Of a stretch of DNA of 64,000 nucleotides, positions 12,605 through 25,600 are shown one piece after another; the first letter of the stretch is position 1, and every line of letters begins with the position of its first letter. Made by a program: the position numbers and the translations under genes. Source of the DNA: Paragordius varius. Lineage: Eukaryota > Animalia > Nematomorpha. Where the stretch lies: NCBI GenBank assembly GCA_964247055.1, contig OZ176052.1, forward strand, positions 7,998,001 to 8,062,000, in the 5' to 3' direction. The notes under the pieces are model-generated. The model saw nothing but the letters and a program-made list of their open reading frames with translations, did not search any database and was not told where the DNA came from.

Positions 12605-15600
12605 ATGAAAAAGGAAGATGCTCTGTGTTTTAAAATTAACAATGGTTAAATTTCTTTATAATCTCATTTAAGATTGTTTGGTAGCTAGTAAGGGGAAGCC
12701 TCAAGCACATCAAATTTTCGAAATTTTATTACAATTGAAAAGATTAAACTTGGATAGGGAAGAAAATCCAACATCCCGTTCTGATGCATTTAATATTTTT
12801 AATAAGTGGATATCAGGCAATGTCGATTTAACTAAAATTAATGTTCATCGATCCTCTTTTGGAATGGGAGTTTTTGCAGCTAAAGATATACAAGTATTTT
12901 ATATAACATCTCATTGAAGATGAATGAAATAATTACGTCTCTACCACCAAAATATGCGCTAAAAGTTTCATCATCCCCTTTTTTAAGTTTATTATAATTT
13001 TTAACCAATTTTTTTAGGTGAAGCATTTAAATATGATAATAGTGTAAAAAAGAATAGTTTAAATCTTTGCCTGCTTTTGTTGTATGAAAAGTTTTGTAAT
13101 GAACACTCATCAGATTGGAAACAATACATTGGTATTTTTTATGGCTTTATAAATTACATCAATCAGATATTTTACCATCGGAGTTTACGACACCCTTGTA
13201 TTTTGACGATCATAATTTGGAACAAGCAACTGATTTGATATCTTTCCAATTGATATGTAAACATATTATAATTATGGCACAACAGTTTCTATATATCAAG
13301 GGATATCTAACCAATGTAAGTATTTATATAAAACGATTGATTTCGGAGTTAATGTATTTTAGATTTTTTAATGTATATGCTTTTGTGGGTTGATTTAATT
13401 ATATTTTAACCTTTGACTTTATAGGTTGTCGCATAAATTTATTTTTTAAAAAAATATTTTGGTAAAAATTTATACGCTTTAAAAAATACCAATTTTGAAT
13501 TTTACTGATATTTTTAATGGTCGATATTTGCTTTAATCGCCAACAGAAAATTTTATTCATTTTCAAAAACTTTTGTAGTATAATTTAATTACATTATAAT
13601 AATGTGATGAAAACTCTAATATATAATAATACTTATTATGTTTACTCATTATAATCGCAACTAAAGGCTTTTACTATACAATTGAGTTAAACAAAAACAT
13701 TGAATTTTAATAAATTGGTTATTGTGATGAAAACTTTTAATTTTTTAGTAGGCGTCTTGTTTAAAGTTTATTTTTATCTGTTTTGCAAAATGAACATTCT
13801 TCAATTTAATATTTTTTTTGTTACAGAAATATAATCCAATAAAAATAAAAATGGCAAATGTAAAAAAAATTATATTGATTACTCCTATTTAACGTTTGCG
13901 TTACAATTTAATTAAAAATAACTCAATGATTTTAAAAGCCTTTATATATATTCTGTGTTCAAAAAACAAATTTTTTTTTAAATGAGAAAGTTATGACCAG
14001 CGTATTCATTTTCCGTAAAATTATTTATTTTTTACGACCTAGTTTTTGAAATATTGAGTGAAAATCGAAATCGGGCAAAAAGTGAAAATTAAGAATAATT
14101 CAAAAAAAATGATAAAAGTTGAGATATTATGGTTGATTATCATTCCAAGAGATATTTTCTATAGATAAATAGCCTAAAATCATATAAATATGATTTCTAT
14201 AAAATCTCAGTTTAAAAGATGGCGTTTTTCTTTTAACCAAAAGTCCAAAAAAAATTTATAAAATTTATTATAATTTTTTTTAATTATTTACTAACTAAAT
14301 TCCCTAATACAATCTTAACATATATATTTTGTTCGGTAAAAAAACTTCTATATCAAAAGAAAACTAAAATATATTGTTTTTTTTTTCATTTTTTAGTCAT
14401 CTGGTTTATGAGTGTATAAAAAATTTATCTGTTTTATTTGGAATTTTACATAAGTGGGATAAATATAATTTATGCAAAATATGATTTAAAAGTAGTGGAA
14501 AATCAACCAAATATCCGTACATATCCCAGTAAAAATATTAATTTGTGTCAAAACAAACCATACAGGGATTTGTACGGATTGTTGGTTGATATTCCATTAT
14601 TTTAAATTCTATTTTGCATAAATTATATATTTATAACTCTTACTCATGTAATATACCAAAATAAAACAGTATAAATTTTTCATAACATGAACCATATGAC
14701 AAAAAAAATGAAAAAATAAAACAATTATAGAAGTTTTTGAACTAAATATGAATGTTAAGATTTTAATAGTGAGTTTAGCTAGTAAATAATTAAAAAAATT
14801 ATTTTAATATAGTTTCATAAAATCTTTGTTGACTTTTAAATCTGTAAAAGAAAAACGCCAACTTTTGAACTGATATTTTATAGTAACCCTAATATGATTT
14901 TGGGCTATTTATATATAGAAAATATCTCCTAAAATGATAATCAACCATAATATCTCAACTTTTATCATTATATTTGGAATTATCCTTATTTATCCTTAAT
15001 TTTCACTTTTTGCCCGATTTCGATTTTCTCTTGATATTTCAAAAACTAGGTAGTCAACAAATAAAATTTTTTGGTTAAAAAATTAACCCTCTTTTTTGCA
15101 CACAGTATATATATATATATATATATTATTATATATATATATTATTATTATTATATATATATATATATATATATATCAAGGTATTGAAAAAGGACGCTAA
15201 ACTAAAAAAGCTGATTAAGAATTTTACTTGGCACAATTTTAGGTATATCTTTAACATTATTTTTATATTATAATTTTTACTCCGAAAAAATAATTAAAGA
15301 TTTCAAAGTATTTGTTAATAATTTAAATAATAAAAAGTTTTATAGTTGGTTTATCCCTGCTTTTTAGATGGGCAGTCTCGTGTTTAAGCACACGTCAAAA
15401 TTTAATTATTTTGAAAGACAAAACATCACACATTGAAACTAATGATTTGAATGAATCAACTCAAAGCAAAGATATAAGTCATGAATTAGCATTAATCCCT
15501 ATTCTCGATATGTTTAATCATGATGGAAATGTCCCCATGTCAATTGATCAAGACCCCATGACTGGAAATATATTGATTTATGCCCCTAAGAGTTATAAGA

Positions 15601-18600
15601 AAGGAGATGAGGTTTTTATATCACAGAAAACTTTATTTAATTATATCATTTGCACTTAAACCTTAAACACTCAAGTTCTTTGAACACTTTAAGTTGGTGT
15701 GTAAACAATTTGGTTCTTGAAGATTTCAAGTTGCTTATTGAGCACTTTTATTGGGGCTATCACTTCAAGTTAGTCCTTGAACACTTCATGTTCGTCCTTC
15801 AACGCTTCATATTTGTTTTAATGTCAATCAAACCGTGTATCCTTTATATATATTTTATCATTTTCAACGTATGCTCTTGATTAAATAAACTCTTAAATTA
15901 ATATCAACTTTTAACCATTCATAAACTGTATATCTCTATTGAGTTGTTAAATAATGTTATATAAGATTTTATGTAATCCAAAAAATATAATCTGGATTAA
16001 TAACAATTTGTTAAAAACATTCATAATTTAATGTTGTTGTTGAGCTTGTAGTCAGTTATCGATTAACGATTTTATAGGAAAACTTACTCCACTCGGTTCT
16101 GTCGTGGGCTTTTTTAGATAGTGTTTGCAGTGACATTTTGGAAAGTGATAAGATGTCTTCGATCTAGCAAATACGTCTTCGTCCTCTTCCTCTCTTATCA
16201 TTTACTTTTCCTAACATAATATCCTTTTCCAAACAATGTCCTTGAATAATGTGTCCAAAATAACCGTTCTTTTACCCCGAAACACTGTTTATGCGTTAAT
16301 TTTATTTACGATGTCGATATTCTTTATTTTGTCCTTACATGTTATACAAAGTATTTTTCTCCAGCAAAACATTTCAAAAGCGTTTATTCTTTTTTCATCT
16401 TCACTTTTAATAGTCCAGATTTCACATCCGTATGATAGGAAATATTAATGCGTTTATTAGTCGGATTATTGTTTTCCATATCTTGTATGAGGCTAGAGCG
16501 CATTTGGCGATAGCTATGTGTCTTCTTATTTCTTGGGAACTGGAGCTTGAGTTGTAGATAATGCCTTCTATGTGTATTCGTTGACTACTTGAATTTTTTC
16601 GTTATAAATCCGAAGCGAGTCATATGAATGAGGGGAGTTGATATGCAATATTTTAGTTTTGTTGAGGTTTATGTTAGATTGTATTTTTATAAAAGTTCGG
16701 AAACTGTTTTCAAGGTTTGTTTGTGAATTCGCTAAGATTACTATATCGTCTGCTTAGTGGAGAGTCGTCAGTGTGTGACCCCCCACTTTTATTCCTGGCA
16801 GATTTAGATCCCTCATGATACATTCTAAATATACGTTGAACAAATGGGGGATAAAATGCAGCCTTGACGCAGACCTATGTTCATTGGACTCCTAGAGGTC
16901 GGACCATGCGAGGAATGATAGGTAGGAGTTGGAGTATATGGATTTAATTATTTTGATTAAGGGATCGGAAACTCCTATTTGTTTAAGGACCTTTCAGAGA
17001 ATGTCATGTTGAACGGTAAGGCTTTAGAGGAATCCACGAAGCATAGGTGTAGCTCATTTTGGGATTCACACTTTTTTTCCATTATCCATCTACTGTTTGA
17101 GATATGTCTCGGCTGCCTGTGTCATTGAGATTTCCGGGTTGGCATATGTTTGTAGAATTTTTAAAAACACTTTTGAGGTTTGATTGATTAATGCTATTGA
17201 GCCGTAGTTTTCACATAATTTAGGATCGCCCATTATGAATATCGGGATCACTAGTGATTTGTTCTAGTCCGCCGGGAACGTTGCCTCGCTGAAGATTTTT
17301 TGGAATAATAAATGAATTAATTTTATGGGAATGTCCCTTTGTAGCTCTGTGGAGATGTCATTAAATCCTTCTGCTTTGCCGGTTGATGAGTGTCTCACGG
17401 CCCATTCAATTTCTTCTTTTAGTATCGGTGGGTCATTAGTTTGTTCAAGGTTCATAGCGAATATTTGATTGTTTTGTGAATAAATTTTGCATGTATTCTT
17501 TCCAAAGTTTATTTAGTTCTTTCTTATCGGTTAGAAGTTTTCCGTTTGGGTGAGGTACATTTTTTTTGCCCGGTTGAATGTCTTTAATATAAGAGAAATA
17601 GTTGTGATTGTTTATCAGATCGCTGTAGGTTAGCGCAGATTGTATTATAATAAGATTCTTTGTAGCATCTAATGCTTTTTTTGTAGTGCATTATTAATAT
17701 TTTTGTACTCAAGGGGAGTGTCCTTGGATTTTGCTATTTTTCTCTGTTCAATTAAGTCGATGCTTTGTTGTGATATGGTAAATATTTTGTTTTTAGTTGG
17801 GGCAGGCGGTACATTTTTTTGGCTGTTTCGGTGGTAATTTTGTGGATAGTTGACCGAAGGTCATCAGTATTCAATGTTTCGTAATTTAAGGATTCGAATT
17901 TATTGTTAAGGATTGGAGTGAAATCGGCAGGTATAAGTTAATAATATTTTTTAATTGAAAAAAATTAGTTCGAAACAAAAAAGTGTTATTTAAATGAAAA
18001 TATTAATTTTACATGAAAAAAATATATAGCAAATCAAAAAAATTAGATTAAAAAATAATAACTTGAAAGAACAAACTTGTGTTGAAGAACCATAAAGTGT
18101 TAAAGCACACTCTTGAAGTGTAAATGGTATATTTATAAATTTGTATAATAGGACGCTTAAATTTATTGTTTGAATATAAAAACTGCATTTTTACTTCTAA
18201 ACATCAATATTTTGTGAAAAAAATGTAACCTACTTTTTTGTTTAGCCATTTAACCTATTTTATATAATAATTACTTATGAAAAATTTGATAGATTTTCAT
18301 AAATTATGGTAAGAACAGATCTTCATCAGAATTTTTAATACACAATGGTTTCGTTCCTGATCATGTCGACAATGATTACATTCTCATTCCATTTGGTATG
18401 TTGTTTAGTGCGTATAAAATTTATACCCTATAATAATCTGCTTTATTTTAATCTCTGTAATAGGTTTGAATAAAAATGATCCCTTTTTAACACAAAAACT
18501 TGCTTTGATTCAAAAAATACTGAACGATAATGAAAACCTCAAACACAATCATCAAAATTTATGGAAAATTAAATTGAGTAGTACGGATCCATTGATAACA

Positions 18601-18957
18601 TGGGAAGATTTTAGTATCCTAAGAGCTATTTGCCTTGCGCCTGGTAAAATATTTATATAATTTAACTAAAAATTACTCTATCCAGGTTTATAATATAAAA
18701 TTTCGCTGATTTTAAACCTTTTTTAAAATAAATAATGTCAATAAATATAATTTTAATAAAAAACATTTTATCATTTTTACATAGACATCTTTTCTCAATT
18801 GAGTGTCGAACAATTAGCTAAACAATTTGCCCAAGATGATTTAAATGGTGAAAATTCATCCATACTAAACAAAAATGTTTCTAAAACTTATGCTTTTTTA
18901 AAAGGGCGATGTCAAATATATCTGAAAAAACATAAAATTGCTATGGAAAAGGTATGA
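12605..18957 (+). CDS. SET-domain methyltransferase, SETD3-like (actin-histidine N-methyltransferase / Rubisco-LSMT family)
   Basis: FGMGVFAAKDI, WKQYIDILPSEFTTPLYF, RWAVSCLSTRQN, ALIPILDMFNH, YKKGDE|IFINYG..RSSSEFLIHNGF. Short introns of 28, 26, 31 and 35 nt in the 5' part. The 3' end (18957) is uncertain because AAG|GTATGA could be a splice donor. Confidence 0.8.
13951..15107. mobile_element. Fold-back (whole-length palindromic) MITE, ~1.16 kb, in a SETD3-like intron
   Basis: Ends TTCTGTGTTCAAAAAA / TTTTTTGCACACAGTA in TA-rich flanks. Arms pair along their length, e.g. GAAAATCGAAATCGGGCAAAAAGTGAAAATTAAG against CTTAATTTTCACTTTTTGCCCGATTTCGATTTTC. Centre near 14530. Confidence 0.8.
15960..17930 (-). 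mobile_element. Degenerate non-LTR retrotransposon (RTE-like LINE) in a SETD3-like intron
   Basis: Minus-strand RT remnants: PILKEEIEWAV...GKAEG, NYGSIALINQTSK, CLRQGCILSPHLFNVYL, ADDIVILANS. Many stops and frameshifts; boundaries approximate. Confidence 0.78.
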
Positions 18958-19633
18958 AACATAGTTTTTAAACATGAGTTTTTTGGCCTTAAATTTGGTT
19001 TTTATCCATATTACATTTTGATATTCATAGGGTTACCACCCTCTCTTATCAAGCCTCTTTTGTTTAAAACCACCCCTTAATTTTAATAATTGTTATATAT
19101 TTTTATATTGTTTACGGGGGAAAAATAGTTTGCTAATTGTAAAGAAAAATGCGGTGAAATCGATATTATGATTGATAAATTGTATAGACATGAATCTCGC
19201 ATTCTTCAACGTGCCATTGATGCTTTGTCTACCAAGATGTGATTTTCTCATTTATACACACCTAATAATTTATTTGTGCCAAATTTATATTGCAAAAAAT
19301 TTTATAATTTTATGTTTTATACCGTTTTTTAGAATCTTAAATTCTGACTATAAATGTTTTTCTATAAATATTAAAGCAATTTATATACTTGTGTGCAAAA
19401 AATTATATTAAAATAAAAATTAATCACAATTGTTTCAGTCATATGCAGTTTTATTTATATTACGGTGCGTATATCCAGGAAAGTAGTTTAGAAAAATGGT
19501 TAAAAATTTCAAATTTTTGTAATACATTTCCATATGCTAAATAAAATTAATACAAAGATTTTTTTCACATCCTCATGCCGATTGAAAATACAAGATTTTT
19601 GATAAATAAGCTACTTTAGTATTTATGGTATAA

Positions 19634-22600
19634 TTAGTAGCTTATGTTTATTTTCCAATCTGTTCGTAAATCTGGTATTGGTTTTTTGATTTCTATACTC
19701 CTGTCCGTATCCCGATATTTGAAGTATAATGGAATGGCTTTAGTATCTAACAAAAATATATTTGCAAAAGAATTTAGGAATATTTCAAAAGTTATGTTTA
19801 TCAAATATTTTAGATAATATTACTAGGACTAGTGGTTAATAAAATATTTTTTGGACGTTTTGGTAACCCACGTATATAAATGCGCTCAACTTCAGTTTCG
19901 GCCTTATCATCAAGATTCATGTGGATAATTCTTTAAAAAATATATAACATTTTATTTAGAATAAAATTGATCCATTTCATAATTAGGTAGAAAATAAAAA
20001 TAACTAACCTTGCTGAAAGGGTATTTTTGGCATAATACAAATGAGCATAAAAATATTTTCCCTTGTGATACTCATAACTTATGCCGTCATCTATATACAG
20101 AGTCCCAAAAGCTTCTCCCTAAAATAAGAATTCAAATGAATAATTTAAGTGCGCCATGTCAAAAAATATTTTGATTCAATTTTATTATATCAGAGATCGG
20201 AACCATTTAAAACGTTTAAAAAAATGAGAAAAAATGTTGCTATCAATCCTATGGTTTTTTGGTCAAATTTGTTTATAGATAGCTTAATTAATTTTGTAGT
20301 GAAAAAATTGTCAGTATACATATAAACACCAATAATATGCGCTACTTTTATATTTCAAATACAACAATAAAGAAAAAATAAAATTGTTATTTTGTTAGTC
20401 TATTTCATCGATTACACTGTGCAACAAATTTTATCCTTTTCTTTTGGACCAGAGTGAAAATTACGACATCTTATAGAGAATTTTTTTCTGAAAATAATGA
20501 TATATTTAATATTTTCTTAGCTCTTTTTCGCGAGCCGCTAAAAGGTTTTAAAAATCAAAATACCATCAAAAATGCCTGTTTTTGTAACCCTATAACTTTT
20601 TGAATTATATAGCTTATTATATTTTTTTGGAAGGATATTACAAATTATATATTAAAATTCATGTAACATTTTAAAATTTTTAAAAGTCTCTATTACTTTT
20701 TGATTTATTTGGAAAAAACGAAACTTAGCTCCAAAAAAATAGCGTTTCAAAACAATGAAAAATTAAGAGACATACTAACATCATCTTTTCATTATACATT
20801 ACAAAAATAATAAAATTTAATTGCTTTTTTATAAATATGAAAAATAATATATATATTTAATGGTATAATAATAAATTTAATATTATAATGGTAATATTTT
20901 TAAATTTATTAATGTAATGGATAATAAACTTTGTGTTTGAATTAATATTATATGATTTTTAGTAATATTTCAATTATGTTATTATATATTTTTATTATTA
21001 ATTTTAATTCTAAACTACTAAGGTTTTAAAAAATTTAAAACAGAAATGATTTCAAAATTATAAATATTTATTAAAATATTTTTAAATAAGACACAATATA
21101 CGAATATATTTATTATGAAAATTGATACTTGTTACATATTAATTGCATATATCAAATTTAAATTGTGTTTAACCATATTAAATGCATAAAAATATTATGA
21201 AAATTGATAAATGTTACATATTAATTGCATCAATATATCATATTTTATTACATGTTAAATAAAATAAATGCATTAATTTATAAATTTGTATCAGATATTA
21301 TATCATTATATATTATACAAATATGAAAATTATTTTAAAAAGAAACATTTTTTGTAATTTTTTAGTTTATGATCTATATGAGGAACGCGATAAAGTGTCC
21401 AAATATAATCCGCCAACATCGCCGTATCACATTTCCCGTGATATCTATCTTCCATAGCTAAAATCTCCTGATGAAAGCGCTCCCCCTGTTCATCACTAAA
21501 TGCCCCTAAGTTATCTGGAAAATACTCCAGATGAGCATGAAGGAAGTGAATTTTAAGAGACATGCGCACTCTAAACTCCAGAAAACATTTCATCATTTCG
21601 GCCACACCATCCTTGTAACACGGGCATTTGACATTTCCTTAAAAAGTGATGTTCAATATATTATTATTTTTTTGATGAATTAGATATAACAAAAATTACC
21701 TAAGAAATTTCGGCAAAACCATATACAGATTTCCAAGTTCTCAATTTTATATCACCCAAAAGTGACATAAACTTATCATCATTAAATATTTTCCTTATCT
21801 GAGGGCCGAAAAAAATACCCTCTTTAATCTTAGAGTCCGATATCTTGGGAAATATCTGACTAAGATATTGAAATCCGCGAGTGTCTAATTTCGCCATTGC
21901 TTTGACCAGATTTTTTACTAATCCAAGCTTTATATGTAACGGCGGAAGTAATATATTTTTTGTATCTAACAGAGGAATTCGGCCTATGCTAAAATTACCT
22001 GGAGCATAATCATTACGCATAGGAAAGATTTTTTGGTAATGATTTTTTGTATCCCTGCTATCCCAGCAACAGAGAAAACGACAAAATTTAACAAAACCAA
22101 AATTAAGACCTGTTAGAATTGCGGTTACTTTTAAATCCGCACAAATTTGCCACTGAAACTTTGGATATTGTAACAACGTCAAAAATTTCGATAAAGTAGT
22201 TTTCCTTTTTGCAACGAGCATATGCAACAGGGATACTCGGTAGGCTGTTGTTATTATCCAAAAGGACGGCTTTAAAACTTGTTTTGGATGAATCCAAAAA
22301 CAAACGCCATTCTTTGGGTTCCATTGGATATTGCAGGAAATTGAACATTCCCTCAATGTCCTGACAAAAAGTCATACCATCTTCTTCATTAAAATATTTC
22401 GTAAGATGGTCACTGCGCGCCCTCTATAGGTTGTGCGCACACCAAAATCCAATGCATCATATTCCGCAAGTCGAGAACCTTTAAATATAAAATACTATAC
22501 CAAGGACATCAGCGTTTCGTTTGGATAAATTTAAATCCTTAACCAAATTATTCAATGCATTTTGATTCATTTTTCGTTTTACTATTAGACGGGAAGTGGT

Positions 22601-25600
22601 GGATAAGGTTTCAACGTCGTCAGAAATTATATCAGTGTTTTCTTCCTGCCCGCTAAAAAATCAAAATAAGCGTACTTTAAACGTCTTATTTACTGTTACT
22701 AGTATTTTATATTTAAAGGTTCTCGACTTGCGGAATATGATGCATTGGATTTTGGTGTGCGCACAACCTATAGAGGGCGCAGTGACCATCTTACGAAATA
22801 TTTTAATGAAGAAGATGGTATGACTTTTTGTCAGGACATTGAGGGAATGTTCAATTTCCTGCAATATCCAATGGAACCCAAAGAATGGCGTTTGTTTTTG
22901 GATTCATCCAAAACAAGTTTTAAAGCCGTCCTTTTGGATAATAACAACAGCCTACCGAGTATCCCTGTTGCATATGCTCGTTGCAAAAAGGAAAACTACT
23001 TTATCGAAATTTTTGACGTTGTTACAATATCCAAAGTTTCAGTGGCAAATTTGTGCGGATTTAAAAGTAACCGCAATTCTAACAGGTCTTAATTTTGGTT
23101 TTGTTAAATTTTGTCGTTTTCTCTGTTGCTGGGATAGCAGGGATACAAAAAATCATTACCAAAAAATCTTTCCTATGCGTAATGATTATGCTCCAGGTAA
23201 TTTTAGCATAGGCCGAATTCCTCTGTTAGATACAAAAAATATATTACTTCCGCCGTTACATATAAAGCTTGGATTAGTAAAAAATCTGGTCAAAGCAATG
23301 GCGAAATTAGACACTCGCGGATTTCAATATCTTAGTCAGATATTTCCCAAGATATCGGACTCTAAGATTAAAGAGGGTATTTTTTTCGGCCCTCAGATAA
23401 GGAAAATATTTAATGATGATAAGTTTATGTCACTTTTGGGTGATATAAAATTGAGAACTTGGAAATCTGTAATATGGTTTTGCCGAAATTTCTTAGGTAA
23501 TTTTTGTTATATCTAATTCATTAAAAAAATAATAATATATTGAACATCACTTTTTAAGGAAATGTCAAATCCCCGTGTTACAAGGATGGTGTGGCCGAAA
23601 TGATGAAATGTTTTCTGGAGTTTAGAGTGCGCATGTCTCTTAAAATTCACTTCCTTCATGCTCATCTGGAGTATTTTCCAGATAACTTAGGGGCATTTAG
23701 TGATGAACAGGGGGAGCGCTTCCATCAGGAGATTTTAGCTATGGAAGATAGATATCACGGGAAATGTGATACGGCGATGTTGGCAGATTATATTTGGACA
23801 CTTTATCGCGTTCCTGATATAGATCATAAACTAAAAAATTACAAAAAATGTTTCTTTTTAAAATATTTTTCATATTTGTATAATATATTAATGCATTTAT
23901 TTTATTTAACATGTAATAAAATATGATATATTGATGCAATTCATATGTAACATTTATCAATTTTCGTAATAAATGTTTTAATGCATTTAATATGGTTAAA
24001 CACAATTTAAATTTGATATATGCAATTAATATGTAACAAGTATCAATTTTCATAATAAATATATTCGTATATTGTGTCTTATTTAAAAATATTTTAATAA
24101 ATATTTATAATTTTGAAATCATTTCGTTTTAAATTTTTTAAAACCTTAGTAATTTAGAATAAATAAATATTTACTTTAAAATTAATAACAATATATAATA
24201 ACATAATTGAAATATTACTAAAAATCATATAATATTAATTCAAACACAGAGTTTATTATCCATTAACATTAATAAATTTAAAAATATTACCATTTTAATA
24301 TTAAATTTATTATTATACCATTAAATATATATACTATTTTTCATATTTATAAAAAAGCAATTAAATTTTATTATTTTAGTAATGTATAATGAAAAGATGA
24401 TGCCAATATATCTCTTAATTTTTCATTGTTTTGAAACGCTATTTTTTTGGAGCTAAGTTTCGTTTTTTCCAAATAAATCAAAAAGTAGTAGAGATTTTTA
24501 AAAATTTTAAAATGTTACATGAATTTTAATATATAATTTGTAATATCCTTCCAAAAAAATATAATAAGCTCTATAATTCAAAAAGTTATAGGGTTACAAA
24601 AACAGGCATTTTTGATGGTATTTGGATTTTTAAAACCTTTTAGCGGCTCGCGAAAAAGAGCTAAGAAAATATTAAATATATCATTATTTTCCGAAAAAAA
24701 TTCCCTATAAGATGTCGTAATTTTCACTCTGGTCTAAAAATCGTGTTGCACAGTGTTATTATAAAATGCGTCCCAAAAAAAGCTGATTACCGTTCCATTT
24801 ATTTGTAATTATAAAATAGATATAAAAAGATAATTCCTGTTTCTAACAAAACTAAGTACCTGAGAATCTAGTGCGATATAAAGAGTAAAAGGGTTATCTT
24901 TTTGCCACATTATAGTTGCACTCCGGCGTTGTCGAAGCTTTCTGGGTATAATAGAGCCCCCACGTTGATATACCATTATCTAGAATCATATATATAGACA
25001 TAAATGTTATATTCTTTGGGCAAAAACGGATAAAACTTAGTAGGTATATTATATTAAAGAATATCATACATAAATGTATGTTAATATCAATGAGTCAATT
25101 TTCCAAAAAAATTTTTTTTTATAGAAAATGACTCAAAAATATATGATATAAAACTAAATTTACATATTGTATGCAACTAATTAGTTATCTAGCATTTTCT
25201 TTATAATAATGATTGAATTTCACTACACACTGTGTATATAATAATAGAAATATTAAATTTTATATAACAGGGGTGGCCACACTTTTTTTGTCGCGAGCTT
25301 TTTTTTGGCTTTTTTGTTAAAAAAAGAGTTCGCCGTCACCCAGAAATATTTATCAAAAAAACTCAATCAACACTTTAAATGATGTATATACCTGCTTTAC
25401 AGATTAGAGTGACTTGTTTAAACCATTTTAAAATTGTAATTTTTTTATCTATCAACCAAATACAAAAATAATTTTAATTAAAAGACAACGGGTTATTAAC
25501 TACCTTAATTTTTTAACCAACATAAAACACTTCAAAATATTTATTTATTAAATTTCTATTATATGAAATTTTACAATATAAAAATTTAAACAATGCATTT

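Larger units (their letters stand above)
20415..24755. mobile_element. Giant palindromic Chapaev3-type (CMC/Transib-related) DNA transposon, 4341 bp, with ~2.08-kb inverted arms and a 202-bp spacer
   Basis: Termini CACTGTGCAACA...TGTTGCACAGTG; 3-bp TSD TTA (20412-14 and 24756-58). Arms are 20415-22497 and 22700-24755. Both arms carry the transposase motifs [23 protein letters not shown] and KIHFLHAH...[14 protein letters not shown]. Confidence 0.88.

Noticed and set aside
15640-15810. Short TTGAAC/TTCAAG repeats resembling a CRISPR-like or tandem array (similar sequence at ~18070-18120)
   Set aside because: Irregular spacing and no constant repeat-spacer structure in a eukaryotic intron; probably a decayed TE or LINE tail.
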